In this document: one piece after another, positions 25,209-35,125 of the stretch
Position numbering within the stretch: the stretch's first letter is position 1
Layout: the number at the start of each line of letters is the position of its first letter
IMG/VR virus record: IMGVR_UViG_3300028797_000010
Span: 21,381 to 85,380 of that record
Direction: 5' to 3' (one strand)
Length of the DNA: 64,000 nt
DNA from: a virus
Taxonomy: Duplodnaviria > Caudoviricetes
Program-made: the position numbers and the translations under genes
The notes under the pieces: generated by a model
Database searches by the model: none
Told to the model about the DNA's origin: nothing
What the model saw: only the letters and a program-made list of their open reading frames with translations

Positions 25209-25385
25209 CTACAACTTGATGTAGTCGAACATCTCCTTCACTTTGTCAAATGAAAGGTATCCGTTAACGGCCACGCCTATGGCTATGGGATATGCGCCAC
25301 AGTAGAGCGTGTAGCCAACGCCGCCCACGAGACCGAGAAGCCAAAGGGCGAGCAAGATAAAATAAAGTGGTTTCTTGTACTCCAT
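25209..25385 (-). CDS. Small two-TM membrane protein (58 aa)
   Basis: MEYKKPLYFILLALWLLGLVGGVGYTLYCGAYPIAIGVAVNGYLSF... Confidence 0.6.
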   Translation of the reverse strand: MEYKKPLYFILLALWLLGLVGGVGYTLYCGAYPIAIGVAVNGYLSFDKVKEMFDYIKL

Positions 25386-25405
25386 GATTCTACGTTTTTA
25401 AGGGG

Positions 25406-25876
25406 TTATTCAACAATAAGGGCTCCTATCTCGATAGTCTGCTCCATAGTCCAATCGTTCGATGCTATTAACTTGCCGAATGCATCCTCTGTAAGGGGCT
25501 CGAAGTCCAGTTTCACCTCTTTGTCGGCAAACTCCTTGATAGCCTTGCCTACGAGCAAGTTGTACTTCTGAAACTCCACTACGAATGCCCCGTATTCAGC
25601 AGCACCCATAGGTAGATTCGACGCATCGAGGTTAGGCTCCTTTATCATGCGCTCGTAGTCCTGTGCCTTTTGTAAACGCTCGGCAAAGTCCTCTGTGGGC
25701 TTTAGCTTGTCTGCGGCATCCTTTGCGTCCTCGTCGAACTTGGTGGCAAAGGGTTTCAGCGCACGGGCTATCTTCCACACTTTTACCTTGTCTTTATCCT
25801 CGAGTTTTGCATACTTTGCCATTGATATTACCTTGTAAGCGGCAAGAATCTTTTCTGTTTTGATAGTCTGTTTCAT
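25406..25876 (-). CDS. Hypothetical helical protein (tail-associated cluster)
   Basis: 156-aa ORF downstream of fibre genes. Confidence 0.7.
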   Translation of the reverse strand: MKQTIKTEKILAAYKVISMAKYAKLEDKDKVKVWKIARALKPFATKFDEDAKDAADKLKPTEDFAERLQKAQDYERMIKEPNLDASNLPMGAAEYGAFVVEFQKYNLLVGKAIKEFADKEVKLDFEPLTEDAFGKLIASNDWTMEQTIEIGALIVE

Positions 25877-25899
25877 AATTTCTTTTGTTTATTGTGATG

Positions 25900-27099
25900 T
25901 TATGTTGTTACTTGTGATGCTGGACTGAGTGGGGTGTACTGCGATATGGGGCCAAAGCATTTGTAGTATTGCAATAACCCGTAAGTAAACCTTATCCACA
26001 TGTATGTGTTTGCCGTCTGTAGGTTTTGAATCCTTAACGTGCTTGAAACCGAGTGAGCGCCGACGGTTGTGCTTACAGGCCAGTTTGTAAACGATGACGG
26101 CTGCGTAGATGACGACTGATTGTATGCGTATGCAAGGTTCAGCATATCTGCACCATTGTTGTTTATCACACGGAAATTGTAGGTGTATGCCTGTGTCAGC
26201 ATAGCGACTATATCCAAGTCGATGTCAAGCTGGTCTGTCTTGTCAACTGCCATAGTCTCCAGTACAGGACAGTTAGGACATGTGTAGCGTGTTTCGCCGT
26301 GAGTGACGTATATGTCATTAGAGATAACGCCCTGACGAGTGCTAAGTATCGGATAGACCTTGTAAGTCTTTCCTTTTTGCAGCATAGTGCCAGACGTTTG
26401 CGCCTTTAACACATCACCGCCTACGGAGTCGGAAGTTACAAGGAGTGTCCTTGGACTTGCGCTTGAGTCGTTGGCTATGAATACCGCACCGAAATAAAGG
26501 TTTGTGCCAGAGCCTACGACGTTCAAGTCTGCGAGCGAGATGCTGTCATAGCCGCTACCGTCAAGGTTTATGGCGGCACTCACTCTTATATACAAACCTT
26601 CGCCTACTGATGTTTTTGCGGGAACGCTGAGATAGTCCACTGGTGGAATTGCCTTTGCGTTGTAGCCTGCAAAGTCAGTCTCACGGAACGGATATTGTAC
26701 GCCCGATATGGTGAAGATACCCCTTGGCTTTGTGTAAGTCCATCCGTTTAAACCTCCATCGTAGTAGCCTATAAACGTTGATTCGTTCCAACCAGAAAAG
26801 TCCATACTTCTCGGCGTGATGCCGTATAGCTGACTGCTTAACCCCATGTACCAATTAGCACTATCCTTCCACTTTAATTGCTGAAAGTTCCATTGGTCTG
26901 ACGTGTCCCTGCTGTTGTAGCACACGGGCTTGAACTTCGACCAGATGTTGATTGTCCCATAGAGAATGCAATAGCCCAAGTCGGGCACGTTGCAACCTGT
27001 GGCTTGCATAATGTCCACGATGTCAACACCAAGCGGATTTGTCTGCCCTGTTGATGGCGGGTTTACCGTAATCTTTCCTGTGCTTCTGTTGTATGGCAT
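25900..27099 (-). CDS. Putative tail-associated structural protein
   Basis: N-terminal INIWSKFKPV and PFRETDFAGY motifs, beta-rich. It follows the large tail gene. Confidence 0.6.
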   Translation of the reverse strand: MPYNRSTGKITVNPPSTGQTNPLGVDIVDIMQATGCNVPDLGYCILYGTINIWSKFKPVCYNSRDTSDQWNFQQLKWKDSANWYMGLSSQLYGITPRSMDFSGWNESTFIGYYDGGLNGWTYTKPRGIFTISGVQYPFRETDFAGYNAKAIPPVDYLSVPAKTSVGEGLYIRVSAAINLDGSGYDSISLADLNVVGSGTNLYFGAVFIANDSSASPRTLLVTSDSVGGDVLKAQTSGTMLQKGKTYKVYPILSTRQGVISNDIYVTHGETRYTCPNCPVLETMAVDKTDQLDIDLDIVAMLTQAYTYNFRVINNNGADMLNLAYAYNQSSSTQPSSFTNWPVSTTVGAHSVSSTLRIQNLQTANTYMWIRFTYGLLQYYKCFGPISQYTPLSPASQVTT

Positions 27100-27100
27100 A

Positions 27101-30100
27101 TCACGCTGATTTTAACTGTTCCAACTCTTTTCTCAAAATCTCGTTCTCGCTTTCAAGTTCCTTGATACGCTTCTCGTGGTCAACCACCTTGCGGGCGGTG
27201 ATGACGGCGGAAACAATAGAAATAGCGTTATAGTCCAACGTAAGACCACGTTCTCCCATATCAAGCACCGTGTTTGGCAACACATTTTGCCAATATTGAG
27301 CGGATGTGCCAACATGCACTCCATCCCCATAGTCTTTGTCTTTCCACGTAAAGTTAAAGACAGGTGCAGACGCAATACTATTAATATTTAAATCGTTAAT
27401 GTCACCAGCAATATTCTTTTTTCTCATATCAGAAGAAATCACAGAACCGTTGACGCAAATTCCAGTGGCGTTGACGTTAAGGTAATTGCCACTCGGAAGC
27501 GTATATTTTTCCATATTAATAGTCGTGCTACTATCTACATAGAAATAAATCTTTCCTTTCACAAAGGAATTTCCGTCAATCTTTAACTTGTAAGTAGTGC
27601 CGCTGTCGGGGGCTATATTTATCCCTACATTGCCATCAAACTTTGTCGTTCCGTTGACATAAAGTTTGTAACCACTTTGAATGTTATCCGAACCTATACA
27701 TACTTGATATGTATCCACACCAAGGTATGCGTGACCGTTAACTTTTAGTTTATAGGTACTATCATCGGGGTCGCCTCCAATTCCTACGTTACCAGTAAGC
27801 GTACTTTTGCCTGTTACGGACAAAGTGCCAGCAGCTGCTATATTTCCACTTGCGCTAACATCGAAAACATAAAGCGTCTTGAACTTTAAGGACGATGAAC
27901 CAAGATATGATGAATTTGTGGTAGTTGGAGTAATATTGCCACCAACAGAAATATTTGTTGTTACGGCAAGCGAATTAGGAGATGTTGTCAAGTACCCTTG
28001 ATTGCCTACCCATGTTTCAGTAGCCACTTTATTTCCACCGCTATACAAAAGCCCACTCTTCATGTAGCAGTTGGCCTGCGTGTACGTCTGAACGCCATCT
28101 GCGCTTGCTGTGCTTGCGCCAACAAGATAAAAATTAGATGAAGATTGTGTTACGCCTGTACCCGTTGTATTCTTTGTGTCATTATCCGTATTTTCCCAAG
28201 GCACATGCACAAACGCTTTCCCGTCTGCCCTAAGTTGTACCGCGTAGTATCTTGCTACACTCCCCGTTTCCGAAATGATATTTGGAGATGAAGTCAAAAC
28301 ATTGGAGACCTTTATGATACCATAGTCAGATGCTGTAGCGGCTGGGAAAGTGATAACGCCATTCGTTGGGGTAAGGCTTGTGCCACCACTTGTAAGCGAG
28401 ATACTATCCACGCTACCACCACCGATACTACTGAGTGCCACCGTACCACCGCCAGCAAGGAGAACGTATGTATCATCACTCCCCGTAACCTTGTAGCCTG
28501 TAGCCTCTATAAGACCCGTCGTAAGGATGCCGTAGAGCGTTGTAACGCTGCTTACCGTTACGCTGTTCGCCACAACCTTCAACCGATAGTTGCTGTCAAC
28601 CGAACTGCCACCGATAATGGCCTTTCCATTCGTTACTTGCAAGTCGTTAGATGACACAATGGAGCCAGTCGATGTCAACTGGTTTGTCCTTATCGTGGTG
28701 TTCACGGAATAAGCCCATTCCGCGCCCGTCCACACAAGTGCGCTGTTTGCCACGTTCGATGTCGGTGCGGCAAGCGAGGACTGGTTAAGGCTGTTCACAA
28801 TATCACTCAGCACAAGCACAGAACTGCTTGTGTTCATGCCCAACGCACTTACGCCTCCCGTGGCAAAGAACGAGCCGTTCAGCTTGACCAAGCCGTTGTC
28901 AATGGTCAAATAGATGGCGTTTGTGTCGTTGTTAGAGTTTGGCTTGTAGAGGTATATCTTCTTTACGAACAGCGAGTTGTCAACACCGAGGTCGCAGTTT
29001 GCGGTGTCAACCTCATCTTTATTGTTAAGGTTGCCTTGTATATAAACCCTGCCTCCAGACCATGTGTGTAGGCAAGGGCTGTAGCCACCGCCAGAGTTGG
29101 TGGCATAAAGACGAACGGACGTTCCGAGGATTCTCGTCTGTCGGGTATTGTCGCTAAGTACAAGGTTATATCCCGTTATCGTCCCGCTTGTGCTTACCAC
29201 TTGCAGTGAGGCTACGTCCGAAAGGTTGTTGAGCGGGTCTCTGAAACGTATGAACGGTGTAGATGTTTCTGTAGTCGTGCTACTAAGGCAGCCAATGGAA
29301 ACATATTGATAGACGCTTGATGTGGCAGAATACTTAAGCCTTAACTGTCCGATTGCGTCAATGGCAAAATCACTTCCGCTCTTTACTACGGATAGTGTGC
29401 CCTCCATTGAAATAGAACTGCTTCCAGTATTGATTCCTACGCGACTGTTGGTGGTGTCGAAATAGAGCAACGAGTCTATGTTGGTCACATAGCTCAACGC
29501 TGCGGGCGTAGTCGATGTGCCGACGCTTACAGGAGAACCCGAAGTCCAGTAGTCGTTACCGAAAAGCGATTGTGTCGATGGCCTGTTTTGAATGTCACTC
29601 CAGTCAACGGTTGTCGTAAACTCATTAAGAGGCTTGTACCCCCACGAAGAGCCATTGTAAGCCAGCACACAGGCAACCGTCGGCGCATTATTTATGTTGT
29701 TGATGGAAAGCAACGGTTCGTATAAAGTAACACCACCGCCACCGCCGCTACCCGACGAAGCACCGAACGCGGCAAGGGATTGCATAGACCAAAAAGCCTT
29801 CAATGCCTTGATGTTGTTTATGGTGGCCAGCGCCGCAGTCCTTGCGCTTCCAGATAGTGCTTGTATGTCGGCAACGTTTATCTTCGTGTCGCTCGAATTG
29901 AAAGCGTTGAACATTGCCTCAAAGACATCAATTGCGACATAGTTGCTCGCCGCGTCCGAAACCTTCAAGTATTCAGAGAAGTCTATCAAGTCATTGCCAA
30001 TATACAGATAAGAGGTCTTGACCGTATCACCTTTTACCGTCAGTTCACCTGAAGCGTCCCATGATATGTTTCCGTCGGCCACATAACCCGAACCGTCAAA

Positions 30101-33100
30101 GCGGAACAGTGATTTTGCGTATCGGTAGCTTGCAAGATATTGTTCAAGCGTAGTACCTGCAGGGGGATTCCTTTGATAGTCGGCTATGAGTGATTCCTTG
30201 TCTATCGGGTCGCCACCATACCATGCGGCCACGCCATAGCCGCGCGAACTGGCACTGTACATTCCGCTAATACCACTCCATATATTCGGTGTGGCCGCCG
30301 TGTCGCGCAACGCCACCATAGAAGAAAGCACAAGACCGCCAGCAATCTGCGTAGTGCCTCCCGTCATGGCTTTAAGCACGTCCGTAAGATAGCGATACGC
30401 GTTGTAGTCCGAGGCAAGTTGCCAGTCACCAATACTAAACACTGGATTGCCTTGTGCGTCTACGCCCGAATCACGCTCACATACAAGTATCTCGTTTTCG
30501 TATTTTGGTGACGTTTGCCCCGACGGAGGCGTGTAATTGGCGTTTATCCACAAGTCACCTTTCTTGTAAGGCGGTATGGGATAGCCGTTAGCGTCAACAT
30601 TTCCAAGCCCTGTACCAAAGACGCGGTTATTTTCTACGAATTGTGAAAGCGGTATCTCCGTACCGTTGTCATCAACCATACTTCCAATGTCAAGGATAGC
30701 CTTTATCTTCAGCCTCGGAGGATTAAGCAGCGTACCGTCGCCTTGTGTGTAGTGAATATATGTACTGCCTTCCGTTTCACCCTGTGCTGGTATTGCACCC
30801 ACATACATGTCGCCGTAGACGTTCATATAGGCTCGTGCCGTTGACGAATCGTAACCAAGGGATATGTACATGTTTCCGTTGTGGTTGTACGTGTTGATGC
30901 CTTGGAATATCTGATAAGACGGGGCGTTTTCGCCGCTTACAAATTCCACTATTGCACCTTGACGCGTGGTGTCCCAGATGTTACCCATTTGTACAATGTC
31001 ATCTTGTGCAATAGGAGGTTCCGAACCCGTGTCAAAACTCAGATACGTATAGGAGTTTTGTCCGACGGTAATCGTGACATTTTGGGGGTTCCCGTTTGCG
31101 TCATGCCTATTCGAAAGGTCTATGTAGTGCTCCTCGTTGATAGGGCTTTGGCTTACGTTTGTCACAAGCCTTGCATAGTAATGCTGCTGGAGGCTTGTTG
31201 AGTCCACGTTCGTCTCCTCGCAGCACGCGAGGTCGCCTACCTCAAAATCGTTGGTGATTTTCTTGCCGTTGTCATCGGCTCGGAAGAAACAGCGGAAAAA
31301 ATCTGCCTCGCTTGCGTCGTTCGTCAGCACGCCGTTCGAGGTGTAGTATTCGACGCGCGAGCAGTTCATTCCCGCAGGCGATGCCACACGGTTGCCACCG
31401 CTGTGCTTGTACTTGCGAACCTCGACGGTATCAAAGTAAGCCTTTACGCGCACGTACATACGGTCGCACTCAAGATAAGTCCGTCCGTCGGCGTCCATGC
31501 GGAATATGCCGCCCTCGCCCAACAGCCCAGTGACATAGCGCTCGCCGACCTGCAGGCCGCGTATAAGCCGTATCAAGCCCTGTGCCGTATCGTCAACATC
31601 CTTGCGCAGGTAGCGGTTGTCGTTCACCGCGCCCACACCGCCCTCGCCCATCAAAAGGCGCAGGCTTGACACTTCGCTTGTCACCTGACCTATCGGGTTC
31701 AGCACAATCTCTATGTCATCGGTGAGCGTGATGTTGTATTCGGGCAACGGCTTGTCACCGTATTTTATGGTAAGCTGCTTGATGTACAAGGCGTGAACCA
31801 CTCCGCAGTATTCGAACCTCGCGATTACGTTCGGTCGCATCTGTGCAAGTATGTTGGCGTTCTTTGCAAGGAAATGCTCGTCGAACTTCAGCGGATAGTC
31901 GTAGTAGTACACGTTGTTGTCGTGCATGTACTGCAGCATGTCCGCGTCAAGCCTTTTCTCAGCACCCGTGACGTAGCTTTGCGGCAACGATATGCCCAAG
32001 ATAACGAACTTGTCGCCATCGTTCGCGCCGACAAGCGATTCTCCGTGCGGCTGCTGGTATATGTTCGGCATCAGCTTGCCGAAGGTAGTGTTCTCCTTCT
32101 TCACCACAACGGATATGGACGTGGACGTGCTATCGGGGTATTTATCGCCATCGCGAACATGGCCATCATCCTCTTCCAAATTCGGATTATGGATAACGGG
32201 GTCGAACTCGCCATCAGCGTTGTAGAAGTTGCGCTTGTAGTCCTCCCAGTCAACGGCAACGGGGAACGTACAGCCTATGCAAGCACCGCTGCGCATGTAT
32301 ATGGACATTTTCTGCGTGATTGCGGCACAGGCATAGAGGTCGAACCCAAGCGCGGGAAGAACCATTCTGAAGTACGACTGCACGTAGTTGCCGTCATCGT
32401 CCATAGAATCGTCCCAGTCGGGCGTGGGGATAACGGAGTTGTTAAGCAGTACGGTGTGCTCGAAGTTCAGTATCGTAGACTTGAACGTGACGTACTTGAA
32501 ATAGCCGTCGCTATGGAAACGCCAGTCGTATTGGTATGTGGTTCGCGTCTGGTTGCTCCATTGCTCGTCGGAATCGTTCTGAAGGAAAGACTCTTTCAGT
32601 GCCTTAATCGCATCCTTTTCGTCCTCGTTTTCGGACTCGCTGTAATATCCGTCAAGCAAGTCGAGGAAAGCCACTTGGGATATGGCGTCCATCATGCTGT
32701 TGTCATAGGACGTCACGTCCAAAAGCCGTATCTCTCCAAGTTCGGGCTTGATGTCCCCGAACTCGTGTATTTCGTATGACGGTTCGGACGGCACTATGGG
32801 GTTGTCCCAAGTCTCGTCCTGTGTGTCTATGGCGTCGTAGTAGTCTATAAGCTTTGTGTCGGGGTCGTAGTTGGGGTTGGTCGCGCCGCTTGCAAGGTAC
32901 GGACTGAGCCTGTTGAACAACGTCTCGACGTATATCGATGGCATCAGGTGGTTGCGCGTGAACGGGTGCTTGATAAGCTTCACGTACCTACCGCCCATGA
33001 TGCCCATGTACAGCGGATAGCTGTCGGGGTCTTCCCCGCTGTTGTTTATGGTGTAGTCCCAGTCGGGGTTTCCGTACCAAGGAATCTGCGGATAGCCGTA

Positions 33101-33952
33101 CGGTATGTTGTCCTCGCTTCCGTAGCCCGCTATGCGCGTGACAATCTTGTTGTTCCGTGGTGTGCGGGAGTTGTTCTTCAAGCCCAAGCCCTTACCGAAA
33201 TGGAACACGAAAGGCACATATTGCCCGCCGACGTTACTGAATATCTCTTGGTTGGGCAATCCGAACACTATCCTATAAAGCTTTCCTTCCGAATATTCGT
33301 TGTCCCAAGGATTTGCGTTGTCTATGATATACGGCACTTCCCATGTCTCGTAGGCTCGTTTCAAGACCTCGGCAACGGTTTGGTTGTCAAACGTCATCAC
33401 GTCGGAAAGCTTGTATATGTCATAAGACACGCCCGACGCGACATTAATCGTAACGTACCATTCCGTGTTGTCAAGGTTCTTGTTGAGCTTTGTGGCAAGG
33501 TCTACAAAGTTGCCCACCCACTGGAAGGTCTTATTCTCGGAAAGATAGTATTTCTGGCTATCCGTCACGGCAACGTCGGTGAACGGGAAATTGCCCAACA
33601 TGTACATCGGATGGTAGAACGTGAACGAGTACTTGGTCATTCCCTTCAGCTGCACATTGTCCGACGCCATGCCCTCGCGTACTATCGTGGGAGGATTGAC
33701 AAGCACAAACCTTGTGGGAACCTCCTCTTCATCGTCGGGGTTCCACTTGAACTCGATGTATTCACGCATCGTGACAGCCAGCGTGTTGTCCTTGTAGTAG
33801 ACGTCGCCAGTTATCTTGTCACCAAGCGACATGACCACGCTGTCGAACGTGGCCTTCTTTAATACGAGGTCATGGAACGGCGTCTTAGTGCCGTCATCGT
33901 CATAGTATATCGGGAACGTCCTGTTCAGCCCTAATGTATCACCCGTAGCCAT
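27101..33952 (-). CDS. Large tail spike/host-specificity protein with a C-terminal S74-type intramolecular chaperone
   Basis: 2283 aa. N-terminal KIVTRIAGYGS tail-protein region, GNVGI...YKLKV(N/D)G repeats, and a C-terminal SSDMRKKNI...GTSAQ...LTLDY...coiled coil. Confidence 0.8.
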   Translation of the reverse strand: MATGDTLGLNRTFPIYYDDDGTKTPFHDLVLKKATFDSVVMSLGDKITGDVYYKDNTLAVTMREYIEFKWNPDDEEEVPTRFVLVNPPTIVREGMASDNVQLKGMTKYSFTFYHPMYMLGNFPFTDVAVTDSQKYYLSENKTFQWVGNFVDLATKLNKNLDNTEWYVTINVASGVSYDIYKLSDVMTFDNQTVAEVLKRAYETWEVPYIIDNANPWDNEYSEGKLYRIVFGLPNQEIFSNVGGQYVPFVFHFGKGLGLKNNSRTPRNNKIVTRIAGYGSEDNIPYGYPQIPWYGNPDWDYTINNSGEDPDSYPLYMGIMGGRYVKLIKHPFTRNHLMPSIYVETLFNRLSPYLASGATNPNYDPDTKLIDYYDAIDTQDETWDNPIVPSEPSYEIHEFGDIKPELGEIRLLDVTSYDNSMMDAISQVAFLDLLDGYYSESENEDEKDAIKALKESFLQNDSDEQWSNQTRTTYQYDWRFHSDGYFKYVTFKSTILNFEHTVLLNNSVIPTPDWDDSMDDDGNYVQSYFRMVLPALGFDLYACAAITQKMSIYMRSGACIGCTFPVAVDWEDYKRNFYNADGEFDPVIHNPNLEEDDGHVRDGDKYPDSTSTSISVVVKKENTTFGKLMPNIYQQPHGESLVGANDGDKFVILGISLPQSYVTGAEKRLDADMLQYMHDNNVYYYDYPLKFDEHFLAKNANILAQMRPNVIARFEYCGVVHALYIKQLTIKYGDKPLPEYNITLTDDIEIVLNPIGQVTSEVSSLRLLMGEGGVGAVNDNRYLRKDVDDTAQGLIRLIRGLQVGERYVTGLLGEGGIFRMDADGRTYLECDRMYVRVKAYFDTVEVRKYKHSGGNRVASPAGMNCSRVEYYTSNGVLTNDASEADFFRCFFRADDNGKKITNDFEVGDLACCEETNVDSTSLQQHYYARLVTNVSQSPINEEHYIDLSNRHDANGNPQNVTITVGQNSYTYLSFDTGSEPPIAQDDIVQMGNIWDTTRQGAIVEFVSGENAPSYQIFQGINTYNHNGNMYISLGYDSSTARAYMNVYGDMYVGAIPAQGETEGSTYIHYTQGDGTLLNPPRLKIKAILDIGSMVDDNGTEIPLSQFVENNRVFGTGLGNVDANGYPIPPYKKGDLWINANYTPPSGQTSPKYENEILVCERDSGVDAQGNPVFSIGDWQLASDYNAYRYLTDVLKAMTGGTTQIAGGLVLSSMVALRDTAATPNIWSGISGMYSASSRGYGVAAWYGGDPIDKESLIADYQRNPPAGTTLEQYLASYRYAKSLFRFDGSGYVADGNISWDASGELTVKGDTVKTSYLYIGNDLIDFSEYLKVSDAASNYVAIDVFEAMFNAFNSSDTKINVADIQALSGSARTAALATINNIKALKAFWSMQSLAAFGASSGSGGGGGVTLYEPLLSINNINNAPTVACVLAYNGSSWGYKPLNEFTTTVDWSDIQNRPSTQSLFGNDYWTSGSPVSVGTSTTPAALSYVTNIDSLLYFDTTNSRVGINTGSSSISMEGTLSVVKSGSDFAIDAIGQLRLKYSATSSVYQYVSIGCLSSTTTETSTPFIRFRDPLNNLSDVASLQVVSTSGTITGYNLVLSDNTRQTRILGTSVRLYATNSGGGYSPCLHTWSGGRVYIQGNLNNKDEVDTANCDLGVDNSLFVKKIYLYKPNSNNDTNAIYLTIDNGLVKLNGSFFATGGVSALGMNTSSSVLVLSDIVNSLNQSSLAAPTSNVANSALVWTGAEWAYSVNTTIRTNQLTSTGSIVSSNDLQVTNGKAIIGGSSVDSNYRLKVVANSVTVSSVTTLYGILTTGLIEATGYKVTGSDDTYVLLAGGGTVALSSIGGGSVDSISLTSGGTSLTPTNGVITFPAATASDYGIIKVSNVLTSSPNIISETGSVARYYAVQLRADGKAFVHVPWENTDNDTKNTTGTGVTQSSSNFYLVGASTASADGVQTYTQANCYMKSGLLYSGGNKVATETWVGNQGYLTTSPNSLAVTTNISVGGNITPTTTNSSYLGSSSLKFKTLYVFDVSASGNIAAAGTLSVTGKSTLTGNVGIGGDPDDSTYKLKVNGHAYLGVDTYQVCIGSDNIQSGYKLYVNGTTKFDGNVGINIAPDSGTTYKLKIDGNSFVKGKIYFYVDSSTTINMEKYTLPSGNYLNVNATGICVNGSVISSDMRKKNIAGDINDLNINSIASAPVFNFTWKDKDYGDGVHVGTSAQYWQNVLPNTVLDMGERGLTLDYNAISIVSAVITARKVVDHEKRIKELESENEILRKELEQLKSA

Positions 33953-34389
33953 CTTAGTAACTTTATGGTTGCAAAGATAATAACTAAAATTGAAATAATT
34001 AAAGAATACTTGTATATTTTTGGAACTTTAACAACTTCCTTTGTCGTCTCTTTACGTATGGTAACTATGCTGTCGCGCCACATAGTGTCCGTGCGCAAGA
34101 CGATTCTATCCACGTACTTGGTGTGCCACCGTTCAACAAAAAACGAATCTCCTTTGGCGTGTATGTAGATGCTGTCATGCACCCGTTCCGTCACCGTATC
34201 CTTTTCCACCTTTGTGACGTAATGGTACACGTCACGGTCGCGGTACTCAATCTTTGTGCGTGTGGCACAGGACGTGAAAGCCATGCAGAACACGACGGCA
34301 ATGACCATAAGCATTAGCGTGCGACCAAAGCAACCGCCGTTCTGCACGGTTTCCTCCCAAACCATCCTTGTATATTCCTCCCTTGTCAT
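33931..34389 (-). CDS. Lipoprotein with a C-terminal TM helix (candidate spanin)
   Basis: Hydrophobic helix ending FTS-C, beta-rich RDSI repeats, and a C-terminal SLIISILVIIFATI segment. Confidence 0.6.
   Translation of the reverse strand: MTREEYTRMVWEETVQNGGCFGRTLMLMVIAVVFCMAFTSCATRTKIEYRDRDVYHYVTKVEKDTVTERVHDSIYIHAKGDSFFVERWHTKYVDRIVLRTDTMWRDSIVTIRKETTKEVVKVPKIYKYSLIISILVIIFATIKLLRWLRVIH
33972..33979 (-). promoter_or_regulatory. Possible internal -7 promoter element upstream of the large tail gene
   Basis: TATCTTTG(CA) on the minus strand. The -33 match is weak. Confidence 0.4.
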
Positions 34390-34393
34390 AGGC

Positions 34394-34954
34394 TTAGAAC
34401 CTAAGCTTCTCTGGATACCCGACAGTTATGTCATAACTCTCCACAGCCCCTATGCTCTCAAGTGCCATTACAGCAGCCTTGTGAGCCTCAGTGACATTGA
34501 GTGCATCACCTGCATACACCTCAAGAGCAACAAGCATCTGTTTCCATGAGGCAATAGGGAATGCGAACTCTTGGCCTCCAAACCACTTGCCCATATACTC
34601 TCTACCAATAGCCTCGTTGGCACTAATCTGTGTGGCAATCTGCTGACGTTCATCAACCGTAAGCCACATGATGGCATCACCAAGATAGAAAGAGTTCACA
34701 TTGGCAGACTTGTCATAGGCTGTAATCTCTGCTATCTTTCTCTGTTTTGCCCTCTCCAACGGGTCTGTAGGCTCTGGTGCTGGCGGTGTGGGTGTAGGTG
34801 TGACTCCCTTCTCGGCAATGTAGTATTGTGATAAATCATCTGTCTGAACCACACCATAGCTTCTGTTGCCTGTTATAGTTCTTACTTCATAACCTGCGTC
34901 GGGTTTAATCTCATAAAGCCCATTTTGTAACTGACTTATTGTTGCATGTTCCAT
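34394..34954 (-). CDS. DUF4376-like tail fibre assembly protein
   Basis: KQRKIAEITAYDKSANVNSF..MWL..ER...LVALEVYA....TEAHKAAV...YDITVGYP. Confidence 0.7.
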   Translation of the reverse strand: MEHATISQLQNGLYEIKPDAGYEVRTITGNRSYGVVQTDDLSQYYIAEKGVTPTPTPPAPEPTDPLERAKQRKIAEITAYDKSANVNSFYLGDAIMWLTVDERQQIATQISANEAIGREYMGKWFGGQEFAFPIASWKQMLVALEVYAGDALNVTEAHKAAVMALESIGAVESYDITVGYPEKLRF

Positions 34955-35079
34955 AACTGTACTTTTTATATTTCTTTATGTTTAAATGATATTTTCTGTT
35001 TAATCTTGCATTTACTGAATAATCTTGTAGATACCCATCATAATCCTTATATTTTCTATAGTTCATACTATCTTTATAC

Positions 35080-35110
35080 TCCTATCCACCCCTTCGGGGA
35101 TGGGATAGGA
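35080..35110 (-). promoter_or_regulatory. GC-rich DNA hairpin with a GAA triloop, DGR target-type
   Basis: Coding strand TCCTATCC-CAT-CCCC-GAA-GGGG-T-GGATAGGA, 15 nt after the stop codon of the CLec-like gene. Confidence 0.7.
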
Positions 35111-35125
35111 AGCATTAAGGGTTAA

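Noticed and set aside
31793-33862. Long plus-strand ORFs (328 and 304 aa), and similar ones at 10015-10920 and 11041-11844
   Set aside because: They are antisense to well-supported genes, lack motifs, and are expected from biased codon usage with few stops on the reverse strand.
35078-35098. GAAGGGGTGGATAGG in the DGR-type hairpin resembles parts of the endonuclease leader (GTGGATAGG; GAAGGGGTGATAGG at 63251-63264)
   Set aside because: The match is short, has a different structural role and orientation, and has no promoter. It is most likely coincidence among G-rich stems.
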